In this document: one piece after another, positions 40,545-48,268 of the stretch
Position numbering within the stretch: position 1 is the stretch's first letter
How the letters are laid out: each line of letters opens with the position of its first letter
Virus record (IMG/VR): IMGVR_UViG_3300020159_001521
Span: 1 to 64,000 of that record
Source: a virus
Strand: one strand, 5' to 3'
DNA length: 64,000 nt
The notes under the pieces: model-generated
Database searches by the model: none
What the model was told of the DNA's origin: nothing
The model's input: only the letters and a program-made list of their open reading frames with translations
Translations under genes and position numbers: made by a program

Positions 40545-40821
40545 TGTTTTAATGCACCATTCTCACGTGGATATAAAGACTTCTTAAGATTGGCAGGATG
40601 TATGATTCCGTCTATAGGATTTGCCTGTAGGTAATCCATATCCTTAAGATGTAAAACCACACTGATACTATAGGTTCGTCCCTATTATTTACAATCTGGA
40701 AGCAGAGCGTAACAGAATCAGTCTCCCAAGGGTGAGCAGTTGTAATCTCCTTTTACATAATTCTGGAGTTAAATAGGGGATTTAACGTAGAACCAGTTAC
40801 AACTGAGTGCAGAGAGAAATA
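40545..40821 (+). ncRNA. Candidate twister ribozyme with large P3 and P5 insertions
   Basis: TGTTT-TAA-TGCA-CC ... TCCCAAGG ... TGCA-GA-GAG-AAATA in twister order; P4/T1 imperfect. Confidence 0.5.
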
Positions 40822-40906
40822 ATTGTTATGTTGGAGGTTATATATGCTCCCGAGCAGGTGCAAGGCCTGCATTTTTCTTTTATTCATTCACCAAAACCAC
40901 GTTATT

Positions 40907-41119
40907 ATGAAAGATTATTTAATGGGAACCATAGTGGTTCTATGTGTGCTTCTTCTATTTATAGAAGCTGTAAAGAGTGTTAGGTCTCAGCCTGATGACA
41001 CACAATTTCAGTTTGTTGTGACAGACTCTATGATGTCTGTGTATAACAATGATGTATATGTAGGCACTGTTAGGGTGCAAGGACAATTAGATTCATTATT
41101 AGTAGACTATAATCAATAA
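40907..41119 (+). CDS. Small membrane-anchored protein
   Basis: ATG 40907; N-terminal TM segment. Confidence 0.6.
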   Translation: MKDYLMGTIVVLCVLLLFIEAVKSVRSQPDDTQFQFVVTDSMMSVYNNDVYVGTVRVQGQLDSLLVDYNQ

Positions 41120-41241
41120 ACCATGATTACACTATCAATCCTTCCCAATTTTACGGGAACAAGGTCTGAGTGGATTAAAGCCACAATTAGTTGTCTTCTA
41201 TTAGACAGTACATATGTTATTCCTATAATAAACCATTATTT

Positions 41242-41640
41242 ATGAGGATGCTGTTGATTGGGCTATTGTTTCCGTTTAAATTGGGAGCAATAGCACCAAT
41301 TAAGCCTGTTGTGTCTTGTTCTCCTAAGGAGCAATATGTTGTTACATTGACGACATATAGTGCTGTGAGGGCACAATGTGACAATTCTCCGCTTATTACA
41401 GCTTCTGGACATAGAATAAGAACTAATGACAGAATAATAGCTGTAAGCAGGGATTTGAAGCTTAGGTTTAATTGGGGAGACAGTGTTGTTATTAGTAATG
41501 CAGGACAGTTTGATGGTGTATATGCTGTTCATGATGTAATGAACAAGCGTTACACCAATCGTATTGATGTCCTTAGTGATAAAATTATTAAACTAGAAAA
41601 CATAATTATTTATGAAAAGGACTTACTATCTGTTAATTAG
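41242..41640 (+). CDS. 3D-domain (MltA/RlpA-like) cell-wall protein with signal peptide
   Basis: TTYS...QCDNSPLITASG...IIAVSRDL...VHDVMNKRYTNRIDVL. Confidence 0.85.
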   Translation: MRMLLIGLLFPFKLGAIAPIKPVVSCSPKEQYVVTLTTYSAVRAQCDNSPLITASGHRIRTNDRIIAVSRDLKLRFNWGDSVVISNAGQFDGVYAVHDVMNKRYTNRIDVLSDKIIKLENIIIYEKDLLSVN

Positions 41641-41794
41641 TATTTTGATGATAATTGTAACCACCATTGCAATATTTCTTGCATTTTGTCTGTTAGACGT
41701 GTCGTATGCTAATCTATTTCTTATATCTATGCTGTCATTAGCTGGATATGGCACATCATTATTATATTACGTCACCTATAAAGAAGCATTATGA
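41612..41794 (+). CDS. Small two-TM membrane protein
   Basis: Two hydrophobic helices. Confidence 0.55.
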   Translation: MKRTYYLLISILMIIVTTIAIFLAFCLLDVSYANLFLISMLSLAGYGTSLLYYVTYKEAL

Positions 41795-42057
41795 AAACAT
41801 ACATGGTAACTGTAAATAGAGAATATCCTATTGAGAGGAAGGTGTACAATGCTAGAAATAACTCTTTTGACATTATTTCTACAGTAAAGATGACAAAGGT
41901 GTATTTGTCAATCCTGTCTCCCAAGAAACAGGATGCAGCAATAATGTATGACAACAGACGTAAAGAGGCTATATTCTATACAGAGGATGAATTGCCTTAC
42001 GTTAAATTTTTGCTCAAGAGGTTGAGTATTGAACATAAAATTGAGGAAATAATATAG
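41791..42057 (+). CDS. Hypothetical protein
   Basis: Coupled ORF. Confidence 0.6.
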   Translation: MKTYMVTVNREYPIERKVYNARNNSFDIISTVKMTKVYLSILSPKKQDAAIMYDNRRKEAIFYTEDELPYVKFLLKRLSIEHKIEEII

Positions 42058-42124
42058 CTTTATTATACACATCTGTGTGTATAAATAGCTTATTTATGCC
42101 TAATTTTGTGCCTTACACTAACCT

Positions 42125-42283
42125 ATGAGACATTTAAAATCCGTACTACTGACGCTTTGCCTATCATTAACCATAATTGCTCTGTTGTTCCAACTAACAT
42201 TAGTTATATTGGATGTAACAGGTAACCACCATTTAACCAATAAAATTAAATCTTATGCGTACAGTGTGCTTAACTCCAAGTGA
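42125..42283 (+). CDS. Small membrane protein (52 aa)
   Basis: MRHLKSVLLTLCLSLTIIALLFQLTLVIL... Confidence 0.4.
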   Translation: MRHLKSVLLTLCLSLTIIALLFQLTLVILDVTGNHHLTNKIKSYAYSVLNSK

Positions 42284-42392
42284 GTTCGTTAGTTTTAAGC
42301 AATTAGCCTGTTTTTGGTTCGATATGTATGTGAAACATGGATTTGTCCATGTTACAGCACATGCTGATGATCTTGACACATTAGGCTATTAA
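42255..42392 (+). CDS. Small hypothetical protein (45 aa)
   Basis: MRTVCLTPSEFVSFKQLACFWFD...LDTLGY after an A-rich leader; followed by a terminator. Confidence 0.5.
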   Translation: MRTVCLTPSEFVSFKQLACFWFDMYVKHGFVHVTAHADDLDTLGY

Positions 42393-42415
42393 AATAGGTG
42401 TTTTATCAAGGGTGA

Positions 42416-42450
42416 AGCTCTGGTGTGTCTACACTGGAGCTCTTTTTTTT
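42416..42450 (+). terminator. Terminator with GT-GTCT-AC apex
   Basis: AGCTCTGGTGT-GTCT-ACACTGGAGCT followed by a T run. Confidence 0.8.
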
Positions 42451-42478
42451 ATTTTAAACCATTATAAACCAAACCATT

Positions 42479-42937
42479 ATGTACATAGAAGCCAAACTCG
42501 TATTTCAACATTATGTTCCTTATGAATATAATGATTTATTGTTTCTCTCTGTAAATAGCATGGGAGAACCATTTATATATTTAATTGACAATCTCACAAA
42601 TCCAGAGGAGTATATGGAGCTCAATGGATTTCCTGTTAAACCATTCATTATTCAGGAGGGAAATCCAAACATTCCTGACAGTGAGATTATTCTTGCTGAC
42701 CCTCAAGAAATAGGCTGGATGGATGATGGTGAGGATGCTTTGTCTCTTAGGGACATAGATTTAAAAGACTTTAACACTATTATTCAGAATTACAATGGCT
42801 ATTGCCTAATAGACGTTGAAGAAGATGATAATGGACATGAATATGTATCATTATATGCAGGACAAGCTACAATAGCTTTGTATGATGCATATGATGAGGA
42901 AGAACCCTTTAACAATGAAAACGATGAAGAAGATTAA
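42479..42937 (+). CDS. Highly acidic hypothetical protein
   Basis: D/E-rich, 152 aa. Confidence 0.7.
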   Translation: MYIEAKLVFQHYVPYEYNDLLFLSVNSMGEPFIYLIDNLTNPEEYMELNGFPVKPFIIQEGNPNIPDSEIILADPQEIGWMDDGEDALSLRDIDLKDFNTIIQNYNGYCLIDVEEDDNGHEYVSLYAGQATIALYDAYDEEEPFNNENDEED

Positions 42938-43097
42938 AAAATACCTTTTAACAACATTAAGAATGACAACAGTGGATGCTGTTGACACCTTTAAACCAGG
43001 TGTGCGTACATTAAAAGCCTCAAAAAAGCCATCATTTAACAAATGGTGTGCTGAATTCAATGTGTCCTCTAGATGGACAAAAACTAATTACGGCTAG
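42882..43097 (+). CDS. Small basic hypothetical protein (true start probably downstream)
   Basis: C-terminal PSFNKWCAEFNVSSRW; followed by a terminator at ~43124-43156. Confidence 0.5.
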   Translation: MMHMMRKNPLTMKTMKKIKKYLLTTLRMTTVDAVDTFKPGVRTLKASKKPSFNKWCAEFNVSSRWTKTNYG

Positions 43098-43175
43098 TAA
43101 TGTTTGGTTTTAATGGTGATTGTTAGCCCTCAGAGTGGTTTCTGGGGGCTTTTTTTATTAATTAAACTAAATTGT

Positions 43176-43601
43176 ATGCCAACGATAGATATACCAGATA
43201 AAATATGCTCACATTGTGGTGGTACTAAATGGAAAACTGAGTATAGAAAATCAGCCAAAGACCCAGAAATAAAAACTCTTGTATACAGATGTTCTAAAAA
43301 AGGAGATGAGAGAAATTACAAATGGAAACACAATAATCCTGAAAAAGCTAGAGAACATAATATCAAAAGCTGTAGAAATCGTAGAGCTAATGGATATTAT
43401 AAGTCTGAAAAAGAAAGAGAACGTAATAGACAGAGAGGAAAAACAGAATCTTCTGAACTTTCTGATAATTATGTCTACAGAATGATTTTTAACGCTCCAG
43501 ATACAAAAGAGCTAACTCGTTCAGATATACCACAAAAGCTTATTGATATTAAACGTAAACAATTATTATTAACTAGACAATTAAAACAATTACAAAAATG
43601 A
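43176..43601 (+). CDS. Zn-ribbon-containing basic protein
   Basis: MPTIDIPDKICSHCGG...YRC; C-terminal LSDNYV...IPQKLIDIKRKQLLLTR. Confidence 0.65.
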   Translation: MPTIDIPDKICSHCGGTKWKTEYRKSAKDPEIKTLVYRCSKKGDERNYKWKHNNPEKAREHNIKSCRNRRANGYYKSEKERERNRQRGKTESSELSDNYVYRMIFNAPDTKELTRSDIPQKLIDIKRKQLLLTRQLKQLQK

Positions 43602-43807
43602 GAAAGAAACAATTAACAAAGACAGAAGTAGAACTTACACAAATTCAAGAACTTCAGCACATTGAGAAAGCAGGTTTTAAAATGGGAGTCAACACTGAAA
43701 AGAGTTTTGATGAAACACAAAATTTATCTGCCTTAAAAGCATCTGTATCAGCATATAGATTATGCATGCAAGCAATTAGAGATCAAATGAGACACAAAGT
43801 TAGTTAA
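43598..43807 (+). CDS. Hypothetical protein
   Basis: ATGA-coupled. Confidence 0.6.
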   Translation: MRKKQLTKTEVELTQIQELQHIEKAGFKMGVNTEKSFDETQNLSALKASVSAYRLCMQAIRDQMRHKVS

Positions 43808-43867
43808 CAACAATTTAAAACAGCTTAGAACACAGAAATCAATTTAAAAACACAGAAATCAAACATT

Positions 43868-44635
43868 ATGAAAAAGAACGAGCTTTACAAGAACACACTT
43901 AAGCAAATCAAATGGTTAGGGGACAATGCTAAGAGCACATTTAACTATCTAGCAGGAATCAATCGTCCAATTTATCCAGCACAGGTAACTAAGCTAGCGC
44001 AATCAATCAACAAAATGGGCGTAGTTAGACCTATTATTATTGCTGAGTTTGACTTTATATCTGGAAAAAAGACAAAGTACATCATTGATGGTCAACACTT
44101 GTTTAATGCTTTAATTAGGAATGGTATGGATATTCCATATGTCACAATTTCAATTAAAGATAAACACGACTTGGTTGAGACTATTGCTAAATTGAATGCG
44201 TCTTCTAAAAATTGGGCTCTTGTTGACTATATTATGGCATGGGGTTCATTGATTCCTGATTACGTAAAACTCAATCATTATTTTCAAGTTTACGATTTTG
44301 ACATGGGTCTTTTGTGTGCTGTTCTTAATGATAATAGTACAGATGGTGGTAATATTATCACAAAAATAAAGAATGGTACATTCAGAATCATTAATGAAGA
44401 AGAAAATGTTAAAATTCTTAATTATTTGACAGATGTTCTTAAAATGGTTCCAAGAATGAACAGGATGGAAAATAGGTATTTGTGTAGAGAGTATGTAAAG
44501 TTCTGCATAAAAAACTGTTCTAAGTACAATCATGATAAATTCATGAAAAATCTTGAAAAGAACAAGGAGACGTTTGTTTTAGCTACTCAAGAGGAAGGTA
44601 AACTTAAAGAGCTTTTCTCTAAATACATGAAATAA
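43868..44635 (+). CDS. ParB/Srx-like N-terminal domain protein
   Basis: INRPI..QVTKLAQSI..MGVVRPIII...YIIDGQHL. Confidence 0.75.
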   Translation: MKKNELYKNTLKQIKWLGDNAKSTFNYLAGINRPIYPAQVTKLAQSINKMGVVRPIIIAEFDFISGKKTKYIIDGQHLFNALIRNGMDIPYVTISIKDKHDLVETIAKLNASSKNWALVDYIMAWGSLIPDYVKLNHYFQVYDFDMGLLCAVLNDNSTDGGNIITKIKNGTFRIINEEENVKILNYLTDVLKMVPRMNRMENRYLCREYVKFCIKNCSKYNHDKFMKNLEKNKETFVLATQEEGKLKELFSKYMK

Positions 44636-44706
44636 CAATTAAATTTGGCTGGGGACAAACATTAGTCCTCAGCCATCTTAATTTAACAATCCAAAAACCA
44701 ATACAT

Positions 44707-44928
44707 ATGACCAGTACACTTATTTATTCCTCCAGACAAGTAGATAGACAACCGCTCTCTTATACAAAGGATATGAGAGACTATATACTTGCTAGTAAGC
44801 TTATCGATGCCATAATAATGGCTAGTAAAGAGAAGAAAAGACTTGTAGTGGTGGATAGAACTACGTTCACCTATATTCCATCTGATGGAAGTAGGAAAAT
44901 GATTATTAGACTAAAAAGATTCAAATGA
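44707..44928 (+). CDS. Hypothetical protein
   Basis: ORF with A-rich leader. Confidence 0.55.
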   Translation: MTSTLIYSSRQVDRQPLSYTKDMRDYILASKLIDAIIMASKEKKRLVVVDRTTFTYIPSDGSRKMIIRLKRFK

Positions 44929-45044
44929 TTGCACTATTAGGCATTATGATTTGCTCGTTTATATTTTTGGCATGGAGTTTTCACACAGCTCCTATGTATG
45001 ATGAAGAAACTGGTTTGTTCTATGATAGGAATAAAAAAGGCTAG
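44925..45044 (+). CDS. Small membrane peptide (39 aa)
   Basis: ATGA-coupled MIALLGIMICSFIFLAWSFHTAPMYDEETG; ends in hairpin AAGGCTAGC..GCTAGCCTT. Confidence 0.5.
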   Translation: MIALLGIMICSFIFLAWSFHTAPMYDEETGLFYDRNKKG

Positions 45045-45083
45045 CTGTAAATGGCTAGCCTTTAACAATTTTAGGACAATTGC

Positions 45084-45248
45084 TTATTTCTTAGAAGCAA
45101 TAGACCAAATTGCACCAATGAGTGTGAGAACAGCACCAGAAATCTCTTGTACAAGAGAAGCCTCAGCGAGTCCAAGAGACACAATAAATCCACCACCAAA
45201 GGTGAATACGTGTCTTACGATTCCAAGAATCTTTTCCATATTAGTCAT
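45084..45248 (-). CDS. Putative small two-TM holin (54 aa), antisense to the early region
   Basis: MTNMEKILGIVRHVFTFGGGFIVSLGLAEASLVQEISGAVLTLIGAIWSIASKK; the GIVRH..TF.GG...WS..KK pattern matches small phage holins; own promoter. Confidence 0.75.
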   Translation of the reverse strand: MTNMEKILGIVRHVFTFGGGFIVSLGLAEASLVQEISGAVLTLIGAIWSIASKK

Positions 45249-45257
45249 TTTAAGGCT

Positions 45258-45289
45258 GCAATGTAACGTATTTAAACAAGAAAACCAAA
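45258..45289 (-). promoter_or_regulatory. Sigma-A-like promoter for the antisense holin
   Basis: TTTG-N20-TACATTGC. Confidence 0.5.
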
Positions 45290-45296
45290 TATTTTT

Positions 45297-45683
45297 ATGG
45301 AATTGATATCACCATATGTCTATCCAATTTTAAAGAGAGTGTTTATAGATAGAACCAAGTATATGTATTTGAGAAAAATAAGTACATTTACAGAGGAAGA
45401 TGTCAGAGAAGCTATTTCCAGACAATTGGGTGTGACACAAGACTTCCTTGAAATAAAGAACAGAACTGCAGAATACGCAGATGCTAAGAAGATCTATTGT
45501 AAGATATGTACAGACTATTTAGGAATGAAAGCTGTTACAGTGGCAAAGCACATAAAAAGCTATGACCACACATTAGTTCTTTATGGAAAGAAGAAGTATG
45601 ACCACTTCTATTCAACAAATCAGTATTTTAGAGAAAAAGCTGACAGAGTGTTAGCATTATTAGGAATAAACCAATTAAAATGA
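45297..45683 (+). CDS. Stand-alone DnaA domain IV-like (Bac_DnaA_C) HTH protein
   Basis: KNRTAEYADAKKIYCKI...VAKHIKSYDHTLVLYG resembles DnaA R....aRqia.Y....IG..fgRDHtTVlh. Confidence 0.7.
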   Translation: MELISPYVYPILKRVFIDRTKYMYLRKISTFTEEDVREAISRQLGVTQDFLEIKNRTAEYADAKKIYCKICTDYLGMKAVTVAKHIKSYDHTLVLYGKKKYDHFYSTNQYFREKADRVLALLGINQLK

Positions 45684-46285
45684 AACAAATGGCTACAGAA
45701 ATCTTCATTGAACCAGAATTAGCAGAATTAGAGCAACCAGAGCAAGCCCAACAGTGGTTTGAAATTGCTTCACAACTTAATCTCACCAATCAATTAATCC
45801 ATGCAGACAGAAGTGAAGAGAAGAAAGCTCCTCCATATATGCATGTAGATGCTAAAACAAGTAGGATTATTATGGTGCTGTGTCCTGTGCAAAGAGAATA
45901 TGCACAATACAAAGCTTCCACAATTCCTTTGGATGTTCTGAAGGAGATTGCTAAATGTGAGAAGAATAAATGGTATAGTAAGATTTGTATTTGTTATGAT
46001 GATAAGTCACCAGATCCGTTTGTTCTTGGATTTACACATAACGAAAGCAAATGGCAGAGAGATATTCATTTGATTGCACGTTGGGGTGCTGAACTCATTC
46101 CTTTTGAATTGCTTGAGAAGAAGGCTATAGACAGATTGCGTAACAGGGCTACAGCAGCTCTGAAGGAGCTTGAATTCAAAGCAAAGTATGCTATTGATAA
46201 TATAGATGCTTTTATTGAAAATCAATTAGCTACATCACAGGATATTAGACTTGATTTTGCAGTTAACGAACCTTCTAAATACTAA
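45680..46285 (+). CDS. Hypothetical protein
   Basis: 201-aa coupled ORF; SPDPFVLG, LIARWGAE. Confidence 0.7.
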   Translation: MKQMATEIFIEPELAELEQPEQAQQWFEIASQLNLTNQLIHADRSEEKKAPPYMHVDAKTSRIIMVLCPVQREYAQYKASTIPLDVLKEIAKCEKNKWYSKICICYDDKSPDPFVLGFTHNESKWQRDIHLIARWGAELIPFELLEKKAIDRLRNRATAALKELEFKAKYAIDNIDAFIENQLATSQDIRLDFAVNEPSKY

Positions 46286-46287
46286 TA

Positions 46288-46854
46288 ATGAAAAGATTAT
46301 ATGTGCTCTTTTTGGTTACTGTCATATTCTCATCACTGTCGAATGCTCAGTCATTCGATGGTGTGAGGATTGATGGCTCGCTTAGTTCTAAAATACAACA
46401 ATATAGGGCTAAAGGCTATGTTCTCAATAAAATGATCTCCAATGGAGCAATCATGAAGGGAAAGGTGGCAGGAAACACTGTTGAGTTGTTTATACTCACT
46501 ACACCAAAAACAAAGGTGGTGTATAAAATGATTGTATATTTGCCTGTACATACAAATTGGCCAGATATTAAATCAGAATATGCTAAATTTGTAGACATGT
46601 TTACAGAGAAACATGGAGAACCAGACAGTGAATTTGATTTCTTCCGTGATCCATATTACGAAGGAGATGGATATGAAATGTCTGCTATCACTCTTGACAA
46701 GGTGGTGTGTTCAGCATTCTGGATAAATAGGAGCAATTTAACATTCAGTGTATCTATTTCCAAATACAAGCAAGTGGAAATAACATACGAGAATGACAAG
46801 AACATGGAAATAGCTAAAAGAGAGGCCTCAGAAATCAATTTACAAAGCTTTTAA
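46288..46854 (+). CDS. Exported protein with Sec signal peptide (host-like)
   Basis: MKRLYVLFLVTVIFSSLSNA|QSFDG; Gln at +1 is typical of Bacteroidota signal peptides. Confidence 0.7.
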   Translation: MKRLYVLFLVTVIFSSLSNAQSFDGVRIDGSLSSKIQQYRAKGYVLNKMISNGAIMKGKVAGNTVELFILTTPKTKVVYKMIVYLPVHTNWPDIKSEYAKFVDMFTEKHGEPDSEFDFFRDPYYEGDGYEMSAITLDKVVCSAFWINRSNLTFSVSISKYKQVEITYENDKNMEIAKREASEINLQSF

Positions 46855-46921
46855 AATTTTTAGTTCTCATATATAATACATGTTATTTCGCCCTAGTGTT
46901 TCCACATTTGGGGCTTTTTAT

Positions 46922-47365
46922 GGGGGTAACATGGTTTTGATTCAGTTATGAGTGGTAAGTAAACATGCGGAGATAAGTACTAGATCTCCTTAAACTCTGT
47001 ACAAACAATAAACGCTAAGACACAATCTCAGCGTGTTTCTGAAGGTGAAGCAATCCTTGCTTCTCTCTTCTCTGATGTAGCAGTTGCTGCATAAGGAACG
47101 GGGTAGTCATACCTGGCAACAGAAAATGACAAGTGTAAGACTATGAGACATCTTATAGTGACTTACCATCTAATGCTGAAGATGTAAATAGACAGTTTTT
47201 CCCAGTTTCGCAAAATTGGGTGGTGGATTCGACCATAACAGGTCAGCCCTACGGTGCAAATTGTCAAGTTTTTCGAACAGAAAACTTGACATTAGTACTA
47301 AGCATGTGATACGTTTTACTTATTGGCTTTAACTGAAGACGCAGGTTCGAATCCTGCTACCTCCA
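46922..47365 (+). ncRNA. ssrA: tmRNA
   Basis: 5' GGGGGTA pairs with 3' TACCTCC-A giving G3.U70; T arm GCAGG-TTCGAAT-CCTGC; CATGC/GCATG helix; resume context ATAAAC-GCT; tag ORF 47014-47094 AKTQSQRVSEGEAILASLFSDVAVAA*; CCA not fully encoded. Confidence 0.93.
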
Positions 47366-47403
47366 CTCAGATGTGTGCTTAATCTGGAATAAGAAGACAA
47401 TCC

Positions 47404-47433
47404 CCCCGATGTTTCTACATTGGGGTCTTTTTT
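47404..47433 (+). terminator. Terminator with GT-TTCT-AC apex after tmRNA
   Basis: CCCCGATGT-TTCT-ACATTGGGG-TCTTTTTT. Confidence 0.8.
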
Positions 47434-47457
47434 TATCATCACTAAACAAACCAAAAC

Positions 47458-47604
47458 ATGAAACAGCTATTGAAAAAACTTACATGCAAACTATTTGGAC
47501 ACAAATGGACATTTTCTTATTTTTACGGACTAAGAGCAAATGCTAAATGCAGCAGATGTAATGTTAGAAAAGATGATTATTTACACAATTTTATAAACTT
47601 ATGA
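47458..47604 (+). CDS. Small DUF1660-like zinc-binding protein (48 aa)
   Basis: CKLFGHKW...KCSRC. Confidence 0.6.
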   Translation: MKQLLKKLTCKLFGHKWTFSYFYGLRANAKCSRCNVRKDDYLHNFINL

Positions 47605-48017
47605 CAACAGAACAACTAATACATAAGTATCCAAAGATTTTTCAGCAATATGAAGGTAATCCAGGTATGGTGAACTGGTATGGTGTTCCTAAAGGATGGT
47701 TAGATATTATTGACAAACTTTGTGGAGCTATACAGGAATATGTAAATAGCACCACTAGATACACTAAAGATGGTCCTATAAAACCCATTCAACCTACACT
47801 TACACAAATGAAAGAGAAGTTTGGTGGTCTCAGGTTTTATATGGACAATAGTGATGATTATATAGAAGGAATGATTAGAATGGCAGAATATATGTGTGAC
47901 AACACTTGTCAAGACTGTGGATCAGAAGAACACATTGGACTAACAACAGGTTGGATTAGTGTCCTTTGTAGAAATTGTGCTATAGAAAGAGACAATTGGA
48001 AACCTAAAACTAAATAA
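47601..48017 (+). CDS. Conserved phage protein (QxKEKFGGLRFY family)
   Basis: GWLDII, QMKEKFGGLRFY, CQDCG, CRNC. Confidence 0.75.
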   Translation: MTTEQLIHKYPKIFQQYEGNPGMVNWYGVPKGWLDIIDKLCGAIQEYVNSTTRYTKDGPIKPIQPTLTQMKEKFGGLRFYMDNSDDYIEGMIRMAEYMCDNTCQDCGSEEHIGLTTGWISVLCRNCAIERDNWKPKTK

Positions 48018-48019
48018 CT

Positions 48020-48268
48020 ATGGAACAAAACGACCATCCTCCATATGGAGTGTTTAAAACAAATGTGACAGCTGTAGATTGGATTATAAAAGAAGCTGCT
48101 AAAATAGGAAAACTAGTTCCTGTAATATTCTATAAGAAAGCTAAAAGCTTACAAAAACAGCAACATTACGATACTTGGCATGACAGTAGGCTTTATCAGA
48201 AAGGAGAAGACTACATTGGGAAAGAGAAAACATTTGAAGAATATTACAACGAAACTTATAATCAATGA
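48020..48268 (+). CDS. Hypothetical protein
   Basis: TAVDW...EEYYNETY. Confidence 0.6.
   Translation: MEQNDHPPYGVFKTNVTAVDWIIKEAAKIGKLVPVIFYKKAKSLQKQQHYDTWHDSRLYQKGEDYIGKEKTFEEYYNETYNQ

Noticed and set aside
40811-40880. Possible tRNA gene
   Set aside because: Only a T-arm-like hairpin; no TTC, no proper D or anticodon arms, no CCA. Kept only as part of the ncRNA block.
44998-45306. 102-aa plus-strand ORF in the track
   Set aside because: Shadow of the minus-strand holin, and it crosses a terminator hairpin.
23578-47425. CRISPR (Cas12a-like TTTCTAC) repeats
   Set aside because: Copies are dispersed single hairpins with different stems, no spacers and no cas genes.
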